Numbered from the stretch's first letter, positions 56,279-64,000 are shown. The stretch is DNA of 64,000 nt from an uncultured Clostridia bacterium (GCA_934749845.1 CAKVHQ010000001.1:11750-75749); one strand, 5' to 3'. Made by a program: numbers and translations. The notes: a model not told the origin generated them from the letters alone.

Positions 56279-56974
56279 ATGTATTCAGTATTTACTAAAA
56301 GAGCAACATTGGTTTGCATGGCTTTTATTGCGTTTATTTTTTCATTTGGCTTTTTGCTTAGGGCGCTAGCAAGCACTCAAACAGTTGCTTCACCCTACGA
56401 CCTTACAATCGTTTTAGATGCTGGTCATGGCGGAATTGATGGTGGCTCGGTGGGAACTAAAACGGGAGTTACTGAATGTGAACTTAATTTGATTTATGTT
56501 AATAAACTTGAAAAACTGCTAAACTCTGTTGGCATTAAAGTTGTTAAAACACGAAGCACATTAGACGGATTATACGACAAAACCGCAAGCAATTTAAAAA
56601 AGAACGATATGCAAAAACGAAAAGAGATTATCGAAAAAAGCAACGCGCAGGCTGTTGTGTCTATCCACATGAACAAGTTTACCCTGCCAAGCGAAAAGGG
56701 TGCTCAAGTGTTTTATTTAACAGACAGCGAAAGTGGCAAAGCCTTTGCCGAAAGCGTGAAAGATGAACTTGTTAAGCAAATCGACAACGCTAGAAATTTA
56801 ACGCTTGGTGGAGATTTTTTCATTTGCAAATGTTTAGATGTTCCTTCAATTATTATGGAATGTGGATTTTTATCTAACCCAGAAGAAGAACTGCTTTTAC
56901 AAGATGAAGAATATCAAGACAAACTTTGCTATGCTGTGTTTTGCGGAATTTTGAAATATTTTAACTTACCATAA
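56279..56974 (+). CDS. N-acetylmuramoyl-L-alanine amidase (Amidase_3), CwlD-like architecture
   Basis: N-terminal TM helix, IVLDAGHGGIDGGSVG, VSIHMN, ECGFLSNPEE. The 231-aa length is like germination-specific CwlD. Confidence 0.85.
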   Translation: MYSVFTKRATLVCMAFIAFIFSFGFLLRALASTQTVASPYDLTIVLDAGHGGIDGGSVGTKTGVTECELNLIYVNKLEKLLNSVGIKVVKTRSTLDGLYDKTASNLKKNDMQKRKEIIEKSNAQAVVSIHMNKFTLPSEKGAQVFYLTDSESGKAFAESVKDELVKQIDNARNLTLGGDFFICKCLDVPSIIMECGFLSNPEEELLLQDEEYQDKLCYAVFCGILKYFNLP

Positions 56975-57000
56975 AAAAAGCACAAAATTGTGCTTTTTTT
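56973..57000. terminator. Bidirectional terminator
   Basis: aaaaaaagcaca aaat tgtgcttttttt lies between the convergent amidase and lepB. Confidence 0.75.
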
Positions 57001-57733
57001 AAAATTTATGTCCAAATAGTCTGCTGGACCAATATGTCCAAAAGTTATAGCCATAAGGAATATGAATGAAAACTTTTGCATGAATTGAACTAATATTTTG
57101 AGGTCCTAGCCTTGAACAATCTTGACTGACATCTCGGTTATCGCCCAAAAACACACAATAGTCATTATCTAACTTCATTTGATACATTCCGTCTTGAAAC
57201 ACAACCGTGTATCCTGTGGCTTTGTTTGTGATATGCTCACGAATCATGTCCTTAAAACGATTAACGCAATCTATATTGCTGTTTCCTTTCAAATAGTCTT
57301 CAATTAAGATTTTACCATTCAAGTAAATTCTATCTTCATCAATTTTATCTAAATCGCCAAAACCTAAATAATCTCCACCAACAGCAATTAGTCTTTTTAT
57401 GGCTTCATCTTGAAGTCTTGGCAAATCTACCAAAACAATATCTCCCCTTGAAAAGCCAAAAAGCTTTGAAGCGTAAACCAAATCGGTTTTGTTGTTTTGT
57501 GGTGTGTAATCGGTATTTATTGTGGGTTGCATAGATGTTCCAATAACTTCTGCTGGGAAGAAAATAGAATTAAAAATGCATGTTAGCAAAAATATAACAA
57601 TGCAAAACAGCAAAAAACCATCGTAAAAGTTTTTTGCCACTTTTTCGCTTTTTCGCATATAGATTGTTCCATAAAAATCTTTGCTAAACATATTCTTAAA
57701 AATTATAGCACAAAAAATTTTTGCTATAAACAA
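56999..57733 (-). CDS. lepB: Signal peptidase I (LepB-type, S26A)
   Basis: EVIGTSMQPTI (catalytic Ser), KRLIAVGGD (Lys box), GDNRDVSQDCS. The true start is probably internal (MFSKDF at 57691 or MRKSEK at 57658). Confidence 0.85.
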   Translation of the reverse strand: MFIAKIFCAIIFKNMFSKDFYGTIYMRKSEKVAKNFYDGFLLFCIVIFLLTCIFNSIFFPAEVIGTSMQPTINTDYTPQNNKTDLVYASKLFGFSRGDIVLVDLPRLQDEAIKRLIAVGGDYLGFGDLDKIDEDRIYLNGKILIEDYLKGNSNIDCVNRFKDMIREHITNKATGYTVVFQDGMYQMKLDNDYCVFLGDNRDVSQDCSRLGPQNISSIHAKVFIHIPYGYNFWTYWSSRLFGHKF

Positions 57734-57800
57734 ATTTGTTGCAATTTTTTTTTCATTACCTTAAAATAAAGAAGATAAAACAAAAATTAAAGGAGAAATT

Positions 57801-58340
57801 ATGGAACTTAAAGGAACAAAAACCGAAGCAAACTTAAAAACCGCTTTTGCAGGCGAAAGTCAAGCAAGAAACAAATACACATACTTTGCATCAAGAGCAA
57901 AAAAAGATGGTTTTGAACAAATTGCAAGCATTTTTTTGGAAACTGCTGAAAATGAAAAAGAACACGCAAAAATGTGGTATAAACTTCTTTGTGGTGGCGA
58001 GATTAAAGGCACTATCGAAAATTTAAAAGACGCTGCTTTTGGCGAAAACTACGAATGGACAGATATGTACAAACAATTTGCTCTAGAAGCAAGACAAGAA
58101 GGCTTTGAAGAAATTGCCAAGATGTTTGAAGGTGTTGGAGAAATTGAAAAAGAGCATGAAAAAAGATTTTTAAAACTTCTTGAAAATGTTGAAAATGGTC
58201 TTGTGTTTAGTAAGGACGGCGACACAATTTGGAAATGTAGAAATTGTGGACACATTCACATCGGCAAGCAAGCACCAGAAGTTTGTCCTGTTTGCAAACA
58301 CGCAAAAGCATACTTTGAAGTTATGGCAACTAATTATTAA
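57801..58340 (+). CDS. rbr: Rubrerythrin
   Basis: Diiron four-helix motifs [29 protein letters not shown] and [10 protein letters not shown], plus the C-terminal rubredoxin CRNCGH...CPVCKH. Confidence 0.95.
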   Translation: MELKGTKTEANLKTAFAGESQARNKYTYFASRAKKDGFEQIASIFLETAENEKEHAKMWYKLLCGGEIKGTIENLKDAAFGENYEWTDMYKQFALEARQEGFEEIAKMFEGVGEIEKEHEKRFLKLLENVENGLVFSKDGDTIWKCRNCGHIHIGKQAPEVCPVCKHAKAYFEVMATNY

Positions 58341-58366
58341 AAAAACGGCTAAACAGCCGTTTTTTA
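58341..58366. terminator. Bidirectional terminator
   Basis: aaaaaacggct aaac agccgttttttt. Confidence 0.8.
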
Positions 58367-58855
58367 TTGCAAACACTCTTTTTCGTCTTGTTCAAAACTT
58401 TGTTTATAACCCAAACCAAACTTTTCTACCATATATAAATAAAACACTTTGTTAATTTGTCTTTCAAACAAATTTTGAGAATTATGTTTTTTGTCACGCA
58501 ACTCCTCAACATAAAAATCAGTAAATCTAACTTTTCTCACATAAGGCACTTTTTGCTCTGCTTTTTTGTCTTTAGAATGAAATTGAGTCATAAAACAATC
58601 CACTGCTAAACAAGCCACCATAAAGCCTAATTTTCCCCTTTTCTTGCCTTTTTCGAGAATTTTTTTATAAAATTCAAATTCCGCATTATTCTTTGGTTTT
58701 TCTAATTCCGTGCAGTAGCATACAACCGAAAATTGCCCGTTTTTATCTCTTTCAAGCGTAAAATATTTGCCATTTGGATTAACCAACTTATAATTACACA
58801 TACCTAAAATCTCTGTTATATCTTGACTTGATAATGCTAAAATATAATCATTCAT
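58364..58855 (-). CDS. Hypothetical protein, 163 aa (last gene of the SPFH module)
   Basis: ORF with RBS tgaggtgaaacATG. I recognised no family. Confidence 0.55.
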   Translation of the reverse strand: MNDYILALSSQDITEILGMCNYKLVNPNGKYFTLERDKNGQFSVVCYCTELEKPKNNAEFEFYKKILEKGKKRGKLGFMVACLAVDCFMTQFHSKDKKAEQKVPYVRKVRFTDFYVEELRDKKHNSQNLFERQINKVFYLYMVEKFGLGYKQSFEQDEKECLQ

Positions 58856-58928
58856 GTTTCACCTCAAAAAAAATGGAGTATTTTATAACTCCATTATAAC
58901 ACACTAAAAAATTTTTGCAAGACCCAAT

Positions 58929-59981
58929 TTACTTATTCCCGCCAAGCAAAAAGCATAGAAGCGGAACACCAATTACTATTAAAAGAACAAGCAAAACTGT
59001 TAGAGCAATTTTTATTTTGGATTTCGGCAAGCCTCCACCCACTTTGCCTGTTTGACCATTTAATAATGTTTTATATTCTTTGTTTTTATATGTATATGTT
59101 AGCCTATAAACCGGCAAAGCACCATAAGCATACTTTATATTGCTACGCTGTGTGCTAGTGTTCAAAAACACAACTCTGTCGTAAGAGTATCCCGACAAAA
59201 TGCTGTTTCGTATTGACGCATCAATCATTAAATCGGCGGTCTTTTTGCACTCATCAAGAGAACTTGATAATTTTTCCATAGAATAGCCCATAACAAATCT
59301 GTCATCGTATTTATAAAGTTGTCTTGTTCCGTAAGGCAAAATATATTCCAAATCTTCTTGTGTTAAGTATGAACTAGTTTCAACAAAAACATTTTCATGA
59401 TTCAACTGCTTTGTGCCACTAATTGTTTTATAGGTTGTTTTGGTTACGACTTTTCCGTCTGCTGTTCGCTCGGTTCTATCGTTTGCTAATTTTCCACTAT
59501 ATTTTGTAAATGTATCTTCATCAAACGAAAACGCAGGAAAATAAAAACTCTCAATTTTGTCTATTGGTGGCTTTTTCTTAAACTTATTTGGCAAAAAGAA
59601 TTTTTTCTTTACGCCATTTCTAAACATCTCGCCCGCCTCTTGTTTATCAAACTTGAATGGAATAATAAAGTCAGGTGAAAATGAAGAGTTATCGGTTTGA
59701 ACAACTAATGGTGTGTCGCAATACGGACATTTAACCGCCAAGTCGTTTCCACTAGTTTCAACACTAGAACCACAATTTTGACATTTAATATGTCCTTTTC
59801 CATCGGTCACATATTTTTTTGTATCCAAAACATTATAATCGTGTTTTTTTGTTAAAGGTTCTGTATCAATTCTTTCTTGCGACTGACATGAATCACAATA
59901 CAGTGCTTGCAAAGATGGCGAAAACACCAAGTTTCCGCCACAATTTTTGCATTTTTTGAATTTTGCTTCAATTTTACTCAT
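58929..59981 (-). CDS. Double zinc-ribbon protein with a C-terminal TM anchor (YdjG-like)
   Basis: CKNCGG-x13-CDSC and CQNCGS-x14-CPYC, with the C-terminal TM helix IKIALTVLLVLLIVIGVPLLCFLL. Its start lies 1 nt after the stop of the SPFH gene. Confidence 0.65.
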   Translation of the reverse strand: MSKIEAKFKKCKNCGGNLVFSPSLQALYCDSCQSQERIDTEPLTKKHDYNVLDTKKYVTDGKGHIKCQNCGSSVETSGNDLAVKCPYCDTPLVVQTDNSSFSPDFIIPFKFDKQEAGEMFRNGVKKKFFLPNKFKKKPPIDKIESFYFPAFSFDEDTFTKYSGKLANDRTERTADGKVVTKTTYKTISGTKQLNHENVFVETSSYLTQEDLEYILPYGTRQLYKYDDRFVMGYSMEKLSSSLDECKKTADLMIDASIRNSILSGYSYDRVVFLNTSTQRSNIKYAYGALPVYRLTYTYKNKEYKTLLNGQTGKVGGGLPKSKIKIALTVLLVLLIVIGVPLLCFLLGGNK

Positions 59982-59982
59982 A

Positions 59983-61107
59983 TTATTTTACGCTTTTTCC
60001 ACATTCTGGACAGAATTTTGCGTCAGCACTTAATTTCGCACCACATTCGCAAGTTTTTTCTGCTTTTGTTAATGGTTCGCCACATTCACTGCAAAATTTT
60101 GCACCCTTTTTTAATGAAGCGCCACATTTAGGACATGTTAAGCCTTGTTTTTTACCGCATTCTGGACAGAATTTTGAGTTTTCTGGAATAGATGCTCCAC
60201 ATTCTGTGCATTCAGTCATTTTTGCTTTTGGCTTGTTTTCTGTGCTTAAACTTTCGCTAAACATTTTTCCAACTGCACCGCCTGCACCAAGACCAACTCC
60301 TAAACCAGCCAAGTTACCGCCACTTGTGTTCTTTGCTGCATCACGCATTGCTTGTGCTGCTTGGAATTGGGTGTATGTTCCCATCTTGTCTTCCATAACG
60401 CCCATTTTTGTGCGTTCATCAAGCATTTGTTCAACTTCTTCTGGAAGAGAAATATTTTCAAACACAACTGTGCAAAGTTTTAAACCGAAAGCTGAAAATT
60501 CTTTTTGGCTTGCTTTTACAACTGCTTCACTAAATTCCTTATAGTTGGCAGCAAGGTCTAGTGCTGAAATTTTGCTTTCTGCAATAGCATCTGTGATTGA
60601 TTGAATTAACATTGGTTTACATTGAGTTGCAACATCGTCAACCGTGTATAAAGCATTTGTTCCAAACATTTCTTTCATGAAAACTCTTGGGTCTTCAACT
60701 TTGAAAGAATAAACGCCATAGCCTCTTAATCTAACATTGCCAAACTCTTTGTCACGCATCATAATTGGGTTTTGAGTTCCCCATTTAAGACCTGTGAATT
60801 GTTTGCTGTTAACAAAGTATACTTCTGCTTTAATTTTGCTTTCAAAACCTTGTGGCAAACTTAACATTTTTGTTAAGAAAGGAATGTTTCCTGTTTCCAA
60901 AGTATGTGTGCCTGGTCCAAAAATATCTGCAATTTCGCCTTTATGAACAAAAACTGCGTATTGGCTTTCTCTAACAACCAAAGTTGAACTTGTCATAATT
61001 TCATCTCGGTCGGTTAATGGATAACGATATACGATGGTGTTTTTGCTATCGTCTTTCCATTCAATAACTTTTAATAATTGTCTTTTAATTCCACTAAATA
61101 ATCCCAT
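59983..61107 (-). CDS. SPFH/band-7 domain protein with three C-terminal zinc ribbons (YdjI / COG4260-like)
   Basis: MGLFSGIKRQLLKVIEWKDDSKNTIVYRYP...VVRESQYAVFVHKGEI, with the C-terminus CTECG-x9-CPECG, CPKCG-x9-CSECG, CECG-x10-CPECG. Confidence 0.8.
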   Translation of the reverse strand: MGLFSGIKRQLLKVIEWKDDSKNTIVYRYPLTDRDEIMTSSTLVVRESQYAVFVHKGEIADIFGPGTHTLETGNIPFLTKMLSLPQGFESKIKAEVYFVNSKQFTGLKWGTQNPIMMRDKEFGNVRLRGYGVYSFKVEDPRVFMKEMFGTNALYTVDDVATQCKPMLIQSITDAIAESKISALDLAANYKEFSEAVVKASQKEFSAFGLKLCTVVFENISLPEEVEQMLDERTKMGVMEDKMGTYTQFQAAQAMRDAAKNTSGGNLAGLGVGLGAGGAVGKMFSESLSTENKPKAKMTECTECGASIPENSKFCPECGKKQGLTCPKCGASLKKGAKFCSECGEPLTKAEKTCECGAKLSADAKFCPECGKSVK

Positions 61108-61314
61108 AATTATCTCCTATGAAAGTATATTATCAATTTTCAAAAAAACTGTCAATTTTTTAAGCATATTTTTTGCTATACGCTATATATGATTTTTTAT
61201 ATTTACTTGCAAACATTTTCAATAAAAAAAGTTATGCTTCACTAACCTACAATTAAAAAAATCTTTAATTTCCTAACAAAACAAAAAACTATTTGAAAAA
61301 ATAAAAAATAACTG

Positions 61315-61344
61315 TTGACAAGATTTAACAAAATAGTGTATAAT
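61315..61344 (+). promoter_or_regulatory. Extended -10 sigma-A promoter for the tRNA-Met/tRNA-Glu unit
   Basis: TTGACA (61315-61320), 18-nt spacer ending in TG, then TATAAT (61339-61344), 19 nt before the tRNA. Confidence 0.6.
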
Positions 61345-61362
61345 GCAAAAGTCGATAAATAT

Positions 61363-61439
61363 GGCGGCGTAGCTTAGTTGGTTATAGCGTTCGGCTCATA
61401 CCCGGAAGGTCGGTGGTTCAAGTCCACCCGTCGCTACCA
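61363..61439 (+). tRNA. tRNA with a CAU anticodon, elongator Met-like (tRNA-Ile2 lysidine substrate not excluded)
   Basis: Hand-folded. Acceptor ggcggcg/cgtcgct, anticodon arm ttcgg CTCATAC ccgga, T-loop ggttcaagtcc, 3' ACCA. Confidence 0.88.
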
Positions 61440-61458
61440 CTTTGTTACAAAACTAAAT

Positions 61459-61533
61459 GGTCCCATGGTCAAGAGGTTAAGACATCGCCCTTTCACGGCG
61501 GTATCAGGGGTTCGATTCCCCTTGGGACTACCA
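61459..61533 (+). tRNA. tRNA-Glu (UUC)
   Basis: ggtcccatggtcaagaggttaagacatcgcccTTTCACggcgg...ggttcgattcccc..gggactacca. It closely resembles Bacillus tRNA-Glu. Confidence 0.92.
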
Positions 61534-61566
61534 AATATATCCTATGTTTGCATGGATAAATAAATT

Positions 61567-61594
61567 AAGCAGTCTGTTTGGACTGCTTTTTTTA
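61567..61594. terminator. Rho-independent terminator after the tRNA pair
   Basis: aagcagtc tgtttg gactgctt followed by ttttt. Confidence 0.75.
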
Positions 61595-61597
61595 CTT

Positions 61598-61786
61598 TTA
61601 TTTAAGACTATCAAAAATTTTAAAATACTCTTCAAAGCGGTGTTCCCGAACAGGCATGGGCGGATAGTTTTTAAAATATAAAACCATTGCAGGCTTAATT
61701 CCATGATAGTTCTCTACAATCTCAAACCTAACAAACTCTCCTTGGCTTATAAGTTTTTTAATTTTTGCATGATAATTAAAATACAT
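61598..61786 (-). CDS. Hypothetical small protein, 62 aa
   Basis: The ORF is non-low-complexity (MYFNYHAKIKKLISQGEFVRFEIVENYHGIKP...) and lies downstream of uppP. Confidence 0.5.
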   Translation of the reverse strand: MYFNYHAKIKKLISQGEFVRFEIVENYHGIKPAMVLYFKNYPPMPVREHRFEEYFKIFDSLK

Positions 61787-61846
61787 ATTAAAAGTTTGTG
61801 TAATTATTTAATATTTACAACAACTAAAAAACTAAAACAGTTAATA

Positions 61847-62623
61847 TTAAAACAAATGCAAAGCAAACTTATTTACTATTAAGAATATCGAAAGCAAAAT
61901 TAGATAAATGCTAAAGCCCCAATACTTTGCCTTTTTAACCACTTTTAGCATGATTTTAATGGAAAACACACCCGCAAGCAAAGCCACGATAAAGGCCACA
62001 ATAAAGCAAGGAGCGGAAATGGTTATTGTAGAACCGGGAAGTTTAAAACACTCGTATACCAAACTTGCTAAAATTATTGGAATGGACAGCAAAAACGAAA
62101 ACTCTGCTGCTTGTTCTCTTCTTACCCCTTGAACAATAGCACTTGTTATTGTGCTACCACTTCGGCTAATTCCCGGCATGATGGCAAGCCCTTGAAACAC
62201 TCCAATAACGATTGAATTACCATAACTTAAATTTCTATATTGATACTCTTTTTGGCTGACGATTTGAGCGATAATTAAAAAGATTGCAGTGACCATAAAG
62301 CCTAGATATAATAGTTCGCCATTAAACGAATTTTCAAAAAACCCTTTAAAAAGCAAAGCGATAATGCAAGTTGGAATGGTGGCAAAAACAAGCTTTTGCA
62401 TTTTTTCGCAAAGCGGGTGTTTGATTAGTTCAAGAATGGTTTTGCGATAAACAATAATAACCGCAAGCAAAGTTGCAACATGAAGAACAACATCAAACAA
62501 AATCACATTGTTTTCCACTCCAAAAATTTTTTCAAGCAGTACCAAGTGCCCGCTTGAACTAACTGGTAAAAATTCGGTTAGACCTTGAACCAAGCCTAAA
62601 ATAATAGCAACTAAAATCGACAT
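61847..62623 (-). CDS. uppP: Undecaprenyl-diphosphate phosphatase
   Basis: GLVQGLTEFLPVSSSGHLVL and PGISRSGSTI motifs. 258 aa, polytopic. Confidence 0.93.
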   Translation of the reverse strand: MSILVAIILGLVQGLTEFLPVSSSGHLVLLEKIFGVENNVILFDVVLHVATLLAVIIVYRKTILELIKHPLCEKMQKLVFATIPTCIIALLFKGFFENSFNGELLYLGFMVTAIFLIIAQIVSQKEYQYRNLSYGNSIVIGVFQGLAIMPGISRSGSTITSAIVQGVRREQAAEFSFLLSIPIILASLVYECFKLPGSTITISAPCFIVAFIVALLAGVFSIKIMLKVVKKAKYWGFSIYLILLSIFLIVNKFALHLF

Positions 62624-62799
62624 TTACACTCTCCGTTTATATTATTTACTTTATGCTTGTTTTGTAGTATTTATTATTGAAATAGCCCTTTTTTCGACAA
62701 ATAGTTGCAAAAAATAGGGTCGATACTGTAATTTTAAAAAAAACTATAATATATTGGTTTTTATTAAAAAAATGTTATCGACAATTTTAGTTAAAATTA

Positions 62800-62828
62800 T
62801 TGCAAAATTAAAAATAACATGATATAAT
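62800..62828 (+). promoter_or_regulatory. Sigma-A promoter for the stand-alone tRNA-Leu
   Basis: TTGCAA, 17-nt spacer, TATAAT (62823-62828), 19 nt before the tRNA. Confidence 0.6.
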
Positions 62829-62846
62829 AGCACGGAATTAAATTAT

Positions 62847-62928
62847 GGGGTTGTGGCGAAATGGCAGACGCGCACGTTTAAGGGGCGTGTTCGAAAGAGT
62901 GTCGGTTCAAGTCCGACCAGCCCCACCA
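62847..62928 (+). tRNA. Type II tRNA-Leu; the canonical fold gives anticodon AAG
   Basis: Acceptor ggggttg/cagcccc, discriminator A, 3-bp D stem gcg/cgc, anticodon stem cacgt/gcgtg, loop TTAAGGG, 11-nt variable arm ttcgaaagagt, T arm gtcgg ttcaagt ccgac, CCA. Confidence 0.85.
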
Positions 62929-62952
62929 AACAAGCCGAAAGAACGGTCAAAA

Positions 62953-62989
62953 ATAGCACTTTTGAAAATACTTCAAAGGTGCTTTTTTT
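62953..62989 (+). terminator. Rho-independent terminator of tRNA-Leu
   Basis: agcacttttgaa aatac ttcaaaggtgct followed by ttttttt. Confidence 0.8.
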
Positions 62990-62995
62990 GTGCCT

Positions 62996-63052
62996 GTACC
63001 CTAATTCGTACCCTAAAAAATGGAAATTTTTTTGTAAATTTTTGTACCCTAA
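62996..63052 (+). repeat. Three direct copies of GTACCCTAA
   Basis: Exact 9-mers at 62996-63004, 63008-63016 and 63044-63052, immediately 3' of the tRNA-Leu terminator. Confidence 0.7.
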
Positions 63053-63153
63053 TACAATTTTACGCCTTAAAGAAAAGTGAACGACTTGACTTTATTAAGC
63101 ATTATAAATATACTTTTAAAGTTAATTTTAATAGTAAATTTAAAGGAGAAAGT

Positions 63154-63426
63154 ATGATTCATAGCGAAGCGGGTGGAGAGATTAGAGGCGAAGAATATAA
63201 CGATTTTGCGAAAGTTGAAATTTTAGAAGGCGAACAAAAAGGAAAAATCTTTTGGTACTTAACCACCATCATAGATTTGCAAGAAGGCGACAAAGTTCTT
63301 GTTCCTGTGGGAGTAATAAAAATGGGTACGCTTGGAAAGGTTATTCGAATTGATAAAAATGTAAGCAGTTTTTGTTCTCCCGTTCCCGTTAAGCATGCAA
63401 AATATGTTTTAAGAAAAATAAGTTAA
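63154..63426 (+). CDS. Hypothetical protein, 90 aa
   Basis: The real start is MIHSEAGGEI (ATG at 63154, RBS aaaggagaaagt). The upstream part of track ORF 62845..63426 runs through the tRNA and terminator and is discarded. Confidence 0.55.
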   Translation: MIHSEAGGEIRGEEYNDFAKVEILEGEQKGKIFWYLTTIIDLQEGDKVLVPVGVIKMGTLGKVIRIDKNVSSFCSPVPVKHAKYVLRKIS

Positions 63427-63452
63427 AAAGCGTGAGTTTTCACGCTTTTTTT
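63425..63452. terminator. Bidirectional terminator
   Basis: aaaaagcgtg agtttt cacgcttttttt lies between convergent genes. Confidence 0.75.
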
Positions 63453-64000
63453 AAAGAGTGGTTATTCATAAAAATAGTTTTAATGATGCAAAAAGTTAAT
63501 TCTGGCCTAATCTCGACATCGTTACATATTACATCACAGCCTTTTACCCTATGATGTAGTTCAGTTCCTGTATCTCCATAGCCAAGACCTTTTGCATAAA
63601 CCGTATTGCCGTTAATAGAGTTTACTTGCAAAAGAAATCTGCAGGGCTTGCTGTCGTCAGAACGAATAAAGTTAATGTAAACCTTTTGACCCGGTTTTAA
63701 GTTAGATGCATTTGTTATTCCGTCCCAAGCATTATTTTCTAAATACTGCAACGATTCGGCTTGTTGTTTTGAAAATGTTGCAGTGCTTCCTCTTACGGCT
63801 TCTGTGTATGGAACACTAAACGAAATTTGAGTATTGTTTGGGTCTTTTATGTGAAGGATTGGGTTTGAGCGTCCGTCTATCCAACGGTCACACCATTCTT
63901 TGTTTATATCTTGGTTACTTACTGAAACTTTGTTATATGCCTTATATTGAGCAACCGTAGATGCAACACTCATTAAGTTTAGGGAAGTAACACGAAGAAC
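63440..64000 (-). CDS. Hypothetical protein, probably 5'-truncated by the window end
   Basis: The track ORF starts at 63973, but the frame stays open to 64000 (VLRVTSLNL upstream of the Met) and no RBS precedes that Met. Confidence 0.5.
   Translation of the reverse strand, partial: VLRVTSLNLMSVASTVAQYKAYNKVSVSNQDINKEWCDRWIDGRSNPILHIKDPNNTQISFSVPYTEAVRGSTATFSKQQAESLQYLENNAWDGITNASNLKPGQKVYINFIRSDDSKPCRFLLQVNSINGNTVYAKGLGYGDTGTELHHRVKGCDVICNDVEIRPELTFCIIKTIFMNNHSLKKA

Noticed and set aside
59963-60544. A 193-aa plus-strand ORF with repeated PHS/GQNF motifs.
   Set aside because: It is the antisense image of the zinc-ribbon codon repeats at the 3' end of the SPFH gene. It has no RBS, and the opposite strand has clear family motifs.
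61378-61563. A 61-aa plus-strand ORF.
   Set aside because: It lies entirely within the tRNA-Met and tRNA-Glu genes, so it is an artefact of the tRNA sequence.
62845-63153. The N-terminal 103 codons of track ORF 62845..63426 (193 aa).
   Set aside because: This stretch runs straight through the tRNA-Leu gene, its terminator hairpin and the GTACCCTAA repeats. A good RBS and ATG occur at 63154, so only the last 90 codons are kept as a CDS.
1-64000. CRISPR arrays, rRNA genes, IS elements, integrases, toxin-antitoxin pairs and restriction-modification genes.
   Set aside because: I scanned both strands and the ORF track. There are no regularly spaced repeat-spacer arrays, no transposase, integrase or recombinase motifs, and no rRNA-like conserved stretches.

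Overview
This is an AT-rich, densely coding chromosomal segment from a low-GC, Bacillota-like anaerobe. It uses the standard genetic code, has AGGAGG-type ribosome-binding sites and many clean rho-independent hairpin terminators. Most of the window is core housekeeping. That includes four aminoacyl-tRNA synthetases (a short-form alaS, a class I lysK, cysS, tyrS), plus secA, ftsH, tilS, ppa, hup, ychF, mnmE, mnmG and tex. It also includes dnaX-ybaB-recR, the conserved mrnC-rlmB-sigH block, lepB, rbr, uppP, and four tRNAs (initiator Met, a Met(CAU)-Glu pair, and a stand-alone Leu). I saw no rRNA, CRISPR array, transposase, integrase or recombinase.

The accessory content worth attention is:
1. 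A four-gene minus-strand operon (30834-39594). It encodes a 2188-aa lipoprotein with about 17 Fn3-like modules and a GLUG-repeat C-terminus, then a SipW-type signal peptidase, then two proteins with SipW-cognate (TasA/camelysin-type) AxFTD signal peptides. This is my best candidate for an undescribed surface-fibre or adhesin system.
2. A collagen-like (G-X-Y) protein in which four small beta modules interrupt the triple-helix tracts, ending in a BclA/C1q-like globular domain.
3. An SPFH (YdjI-like) protein with three C-terminal zinc ribbons, paired with a double-zinc-ribbon membrane protein and an orphan gene.
4. A type II tRNA-Leu whose only canonical fold gives an A34 anticodon (AAG). It is followed by a triple GTACCCTAA repeat and orphan genes, which may mark an island boundary at the window edge.
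5. A divergent XRE regulator pair beside the initiator tRNA, with palindromic operators and two copies of a 27-nt hairpin repeat.

All functional calls rest on motifs read from the supplied translations or my own translation. No database search was possible.
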